A DNA stretch of 48,429 bases. Source: an uncultured Bdellovibrionales bacterium. Its GTDB lineage: Bacteria; Bdellovibrionota; JAFGOL01. Numbering within the stretch: position 1 is the stretch's first letter; the number at the start of each line of letters is the position of its first letter. Below are positions 44,964 to 48,429 of this stretch, one piece after another. Position numbers and translations under genes: made by a program. The DNA is taken from NCBI GenBank assembly GCA_964411885.1, contig CAYPMK010000006.1:1-48429 (forward strand), given 5' to 3'. The notes beneath the pieces are model-generated. The model saw only the letters and a list, made by a program, of their open reading frames with translations. It had not been told where the DNA came from and searched no databases.

Positions 44964-46359
44964 CTTTTTCTCCCGTAATAAATTTTTCTAATATCCTGCT
45001 TTCCCAGTTAGTCATGTTGTTTGCCTTAGGATCGTTAACGACTATTATAAAAGCATACACTGTTCTTTCTCCAGAAACATATCCAGCCAACGATCTTACT
45101 CCGCTGAGCGTTCCTGTTTTAGCTCTAATTTTACCTTTAACATTAGCCCCAGCGTGAGTCCTTCTTATAGTTCCATCTATACCTGATATTGGAAGGCTGT
45201 TTATAAACTCTGGCCCTGTTTGAAAATCATCATAAACACTTGCTAAAAATTTTACGAAATCAGAAGGTTTCGTTCTATTCATTCTTGAAAAACCAGAGGC
45301 ATTAACGACCTCAAAAGAATTTGGATCAAGGCCGATTTCTCTAACATAATCTCTCATTAATTCAGAAAAGGCTTTCTCATCTACAACGCCTTTTAATTTA
45401 TATACAAAAGCCCTCATTAACTGTTCAGATATAAAATTATTGCTGAATTTGTTCATTTCGACCAAGATATCGTTAAGTCTTCTGGAGTCCATTTCAAAAA
45501 GAACTTTTTCACGTGAAGACACTTTCCCAGAACGGACATCACCGTTTAACTGCATATCTCTCCACGACATATGCAGTAATAAAACTTCTTTAAAATAAGA
45601 GACTGGATCATCTATGTTCCTGTATGTTGTTTTAAGTGAGTATTCCCTGCTATCTATGTTGCCAGAAACAACTATATCATCTGATATACGTCTTATTTCC
45701 ACATCATTCTTTGATGGACTGTTATGTGTTTTGTCTAACAATCCAATACTGGATACTTTCGGATCGATGGAAACATGTGGCACATCTCCAGATACAACAT
45801 TTACGGCTATAGAATTAAAATTAACAGAAAGAGCGGAGACTTTTGAGTTGTATGCCCTATCTCCATCCTCTTCATATATGTTTTTTGCCGAGAACATCGT
45901 GTTATCTAAAATAATATCGCCTTCTATAGATCTAACACCGATGTTATATAGCGTATTCACCAAATACCACATGTTCTCTGAAACAAATAAAGGATCTCCA
46001 TTTCCTTTTATATATATATCACCCTTCACTATTCCGTCTTTATTTGGTGTTTTACCACTAATTATCGTCTTAAATCTAAAATCCTGCCCCAAATACTTAA
46101 GACTAGCTCCTGTTATAAGTAATTTATTAACAGACGCTATGCTAAATAATTTATCTGAATTAAAAGAATAAACTTGTTTCTTGTTCTTTATGTCATAAAC
46201 AGCTATTCCAAGATTTTTACTCTTTATACCAGTACTTTTAAGTGCTTTTTCTAATATAAGATCATTGTTGCTCTGAGCGTTGATAACAGAGCAATAAAAC
46301 ACGACAAGAGCTGATAGAACTTGGAACATAAACAAGATACCCCTATATAATAATAACAA
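44956..46359 (-). CDS. dacB: PBP4-family D-Ala-D-Ala carboxypeptidase/endopeptidase (DacB-like)
   Basis: SxxK (SVNK in FSIASVNKL) and KTG (KTGTLSGVRSLAGY) motifs. About 460 aa, with a signal peptide. Confidence 0.85.
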   Translation of the reverse strand: MLLLYRGILFMFQVLSALVVFYCSVINAQSNNDLILEKALKSTGIKSKNLGIAVYDIKNKKQVYSFNSDKLFSIASVNKLLITGASLKYLGQDFRFKTIISGKTPNKDGIVKGDIYIKGNGDPLFVSENMWYLVNTLYNIGVRSIEGDIILDNTMFSAKNIYEEDGDRAYNSKVSALSVNFNSIAVNVVSGDVPHVSIDPKVSSIGLLDKTHNSPSKNDVEIRRISDDIVVSGNIDSREYSLKTTYRNIDDPVSYFKEVLLLHMSWRDMQLNGDVRSGKVSSREKVLFEMDSRRLNDILVEMNKFSNNFISEQLMRAFVYKLKGVVDEKAFSELMRDYVREIGLDPNSFEVVNASGFSRMNRTKPSDFVKFLASVYDDFQTGPEFINSLPISGIDGTIRRTHAGANVKGKIRAKTGTLSGVRSLAGYVSGERTVYAFIIVVNDPKANNMTNWESRILEKFITGEKDV

Positions 46360-46393
46360 TAGGGATGCTAATTGTCTATATCAATACCATTAA

Positions 46394-47302
46394 CTATTTC
46401 CAAGTTTCTCTTTGAAGGGCAGGATCTGGCCAGCCGTCGTTATAATTAAATGGATTTATCTCTTCTACCCCATACTTAAGGGTTTCAACAACACTAACAA
46501 TAAAACGCCATTTCATTCTTACATACCCGTCTTCTTCTATCATACCCTCTGGTGGATTATGAAAAGGACTCGCATAAGAAAAAGCTTTGCCGGGAGCCTC
46601 GTCTATACCACTAACACCAGAACTCCTTAGCACAACCATTTTAATAAAAGAACCATCTCTATCAAGAACAGCCTCTACCTCTGTAATATAATCTTTTTTA
46701 CCAAGATTTTTCTTAACATCAGGGTGTTTTTCAACATATTCGGAAACATATCTGTTCCACATATAAACGACTGAATCCTGAACCCTTCTATAAAAAGAAT
46801 AATAAACAAATTCTGCTGTATTAAGCATTGTTTTGTCTCCGGGTCTTATGCCGGGAAGATAATCATAGGTAGTTGATTCGCCGTAATCATCCCCATCGCC
46901 TTGTACTTTTTTTTGTTTGCGTCCTTTAATGTACGAGCTTATAGCTTCGTCCAGATCTTGTTCTAATATGGTTTGGACTCCACTCATCCTGTTCTTTGGT
47001 TTTCCCCAAGAATTTGCACGAGTTTCTATATCAACCCTTTTGTTCACCTTGCTCAAAAAACGAGCATTAGGGTTTGCTTCTTCATCCCCTTTTTCATCAT
47101 CTATGGAAACTATCTGCCTTCTTATTTGATCTGCATCAACGACATAAACATCCATTGGTGCTTTTAATTTCTCTGGCAAATATTTCACCAACAAAAAATC
47201 CCCAATAAACAGATACAATAATATTAAATGTATAAGGGTTGATAGGATTATGCATTCAACCCAATTACGTCTAAAAAAATCTTTTTTATTCTCTTTCATC
47301 AT
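46394..47302 (-). CDS. TonB C-terminal-domain-like membrane-anchored protein (start uncertain)
   Basis: One N-terminal TM helix (WVECIILSTLIHLILLYLF). The C-terminal region resembles TonB_C (ITEVEAVLDRDGSFIKMVVLRSSGVSGIDEA...A....PFHNPP). Confidence 0.5.
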   Translation of the reverse strand: MMKENKKDFFRRNWVECIILSTLIHLILLYLFIGDFLLVKYLPEKLKAPMDVYVVDADQIRRQIVSIDDEKGDEEANPNARFLSKVNKRVDIETRANSWGKPKNRMSGVQTILEQDLDEAISSYIKGRKQKKVQGDGDDYGESTTYDYLPGIRPGDKTMLNTAEFVYYSFYRRVQDSVVYMWNRYVSEYVEKHPDVKKNLGKKDYITEVEAVLDRDGSFIKMVVLRSSGVSGIDEAPGKAFSYASPFHNPPEGMIEEDGYVRMKWRFIVSVVETLKYGVEEINPFNYNDGWPDPALQRETWK

Positions 47303-48041
47303 AAAAGATCTCTTCAAGATACAATGCATACGCTGGAGCTGTTATGCCTGCCTTGCGTCTATCTTTTGATTCCAACATATTCACAACATCCTGTACGCCA
47401 TATCTGCCAATGCCTACTTCTACCACTGTGCCAACAATGTTTCTTATCATGTGTTTTAAAAAGCCATTGCCGGTAAAACTTATGTTCATTTCGTGGCCAT
47501 CTTGTTTTATGTCTATGGCGTATATATTCCTTATCGTCGTTTTTACTTCAGTTCCTGAGCCCATAAAGGCTTTAAAATCTTTTTCACCAATAAAAAGGTC
47601 AAAAGCCTTTAACATATCGTTTTTATTAAGCTTATATTTAAGCCACCAAACTCTGTTTATATAAAAAGGGCTCCTTATTGGAGCATTACTTATACGATAC
47701 GTATATTTCTTTTTTAAAGCCTTCCTTGCATCAAACTCTGGTCCACACACTTTAACATCAAGGATACTTATGTCTGGAGGGAGTTGTGTGTTTAATATTT
47801 TTTGCATTCTTTCTGCGCTGTATTCAGATTCACATTTAAAACTTGCGGCCTGACCATATGCATGTACTCCAGCATCTGTTCTGCTCGGGTATCTTAAAGT
47901 TATTTGCTTACCAAAGACTTTAAATAAAAGATTCTCTATAACACCCTGTATCGTGGGTTTACCTGGTTGTGTTTGCCAGCCAACATAACCTGTTCCATCA
48001 TACGATATTGTTAATTTATAATTAATCTCCATTTCTACCAA
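47286..48041 (-). CDS. truA: tRNA pseudouridine(38-40) synthase TruA
   Basis: YDGT.Y.GWQ.Q and catalytic RTDAGVHA motifs. About 250 aa. Confidence 0.9.
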   Translation of the reverse strand: MVEMEINYKLTISYDGTGYVGWQTQPGKPTIQGVIENLLFKVFGKQITLRYPSRTDAGVHAYGQAASFKCESEYSAERMQKILNTQLPPDISILDVKVCGPEFDARKALKKKYTYRISNAPIRSPFYINRVWWLKYKLNKNDMLKAFDLFIGEKDFKAFMGSGTEVKTTIRNIYAIDIKQDGHEMNISFTGNGFLKHMIRNIVGTVVEVGIGRYGVQDVVNMLESKDRRKAGITAPAYALYLEEIFYDERE

Positions 48042-48429
48042 AAACAGACAATATCCTTAGATAAGCCTCAAACAATAAACCTTGAAAAATATAAAGCACG
48101 CAAAGAGAAAAAATAACTATATGAGGGTTTATAGCCGCTGTTACCAAAACTAAAAGAAATAACACCATATTGGTATAGAATTGATTTTTTAAACTTCTCT
48201 CTGGTTTTTTATAGCTCTTATATCTTACAGAACTAACCATTAGCACAGCTGTAACTATAAGTATGGCTATAAAATAATGAGGACGATGTTCAATATCACC
48301 AACCTCCACAAAGAACAAAAAACCAGAAGCTACTGTTGCAGCCGCAACTGGTATTGGAAGTCCACAAAAATACCTAGGGTCAGATGATCTATAACTTACA
48401 TTGAATTTAGCAAGCCTAAGAGCACCACA
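48022..48429 (-). CDS. CDP-alcohol phosphatidyltransferase (PssA-like), C-terminal fragment; gene continues beyond the window
   Basis: The frame stays open to the window edge: ...GALRLAKFNVSYRSSDPRYFCGLPIPVAAATVASGF..., followed by hydrophobic helices. This is typical of bacterial phosphatidylserine synthase tails. Confidence 0.6.
   Translation of the reverse strand, partial: CGALRLAKFNVSYRSSDPRYFCGLPIPVAAATVASGFLFFVEVGDIEHRPHYFIAILIVTAVLMVSSVRYKSYKKPERSLKNQFYTNMVLFLLVLVTAAINPHIVIFSLCVLYIFQGLLFEAYLRILSVFGRNGD

Noticed and set aside
1-48429. CRISPR arrays, rRNA genes, transposases, integrases, toxin-antitoxin pairs or known defence-system genes
   Set aside because: No regularly spaced repeat-spacer structure was seen. 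No ORF carries a DDE, tyrosine-recombinase or serine-recombinase signature. All sizeable ORFs are accounted for by metabolic, envelope or hypothetical secreted proteins.

Overview
This is a visibly AT-rich, almost fully coding bacterial chromosomal window. The organism appears to be a diderm and probably an anaerobe. I support about 55 protein genes and one tRNA. There is no rRNA, CRISPR array, transposase, integrase or recognisable defence gene.

Layout from left to right:
(1) The 3' end of an APC-type permease gene, a DUF134/NifX-like gene pair, a LysR regulator divergent from two small Cys-containing secreted proteins, and an MFS transporter.
(2) A small lipoprotein gene missing from the ORF track, with a strong promoter and terminator. 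It is followed by tRNA-Gln(CUG), whose 3' 19 nt are duplicated 128 bp downstream in an att-like arrangement.
(3) A complete Pho block: pstSCAB-phoU, a divergently transcribed porin, phoB-phoR, and arrays of 11-bp-phased TTMACA hexamers (Pho-box-like) in the promoters.
(4) pldA (OMPLA) and a WG-repeat protein.
(5) A co-directional minus-strand block of 18 genes. It encodes an 11-subunit, complex-I-like group 4 [NiFe]-hydrogenase (NuoN/L/M/J/K/A/B/C/D/H/I-like), a HycI-type endopeptidase and hypA-B-F-C-D-E. A separately terminated 2x[4Fe-4S] ferredoxin gene lies just upstream.
(6) A stand-alone CBM48-like protein and RNase J.
(7) A long minus-strand envelope block: pssA fragment, truA, a TonB-C-like protein, PBP4 (DacB-like), and an MltD-like lytic transglycosylase. 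These are followed by an 11-gene operon of three TPR-type proteins, small secreted proteins, ExbB, two ExbD, a TonB-like protein with an AgmX/PglI-type tail, and a beta-barrel protein.

The last operon is my best candidate for a poorly described system. It resembles the conserved core of the myxobacterial Agl-Glt machinery or a non-canonical Tol/Ton-like trans-envelope motor.

All assignments come from reading motifs in the supplied translations and the DNA. No database search was run.
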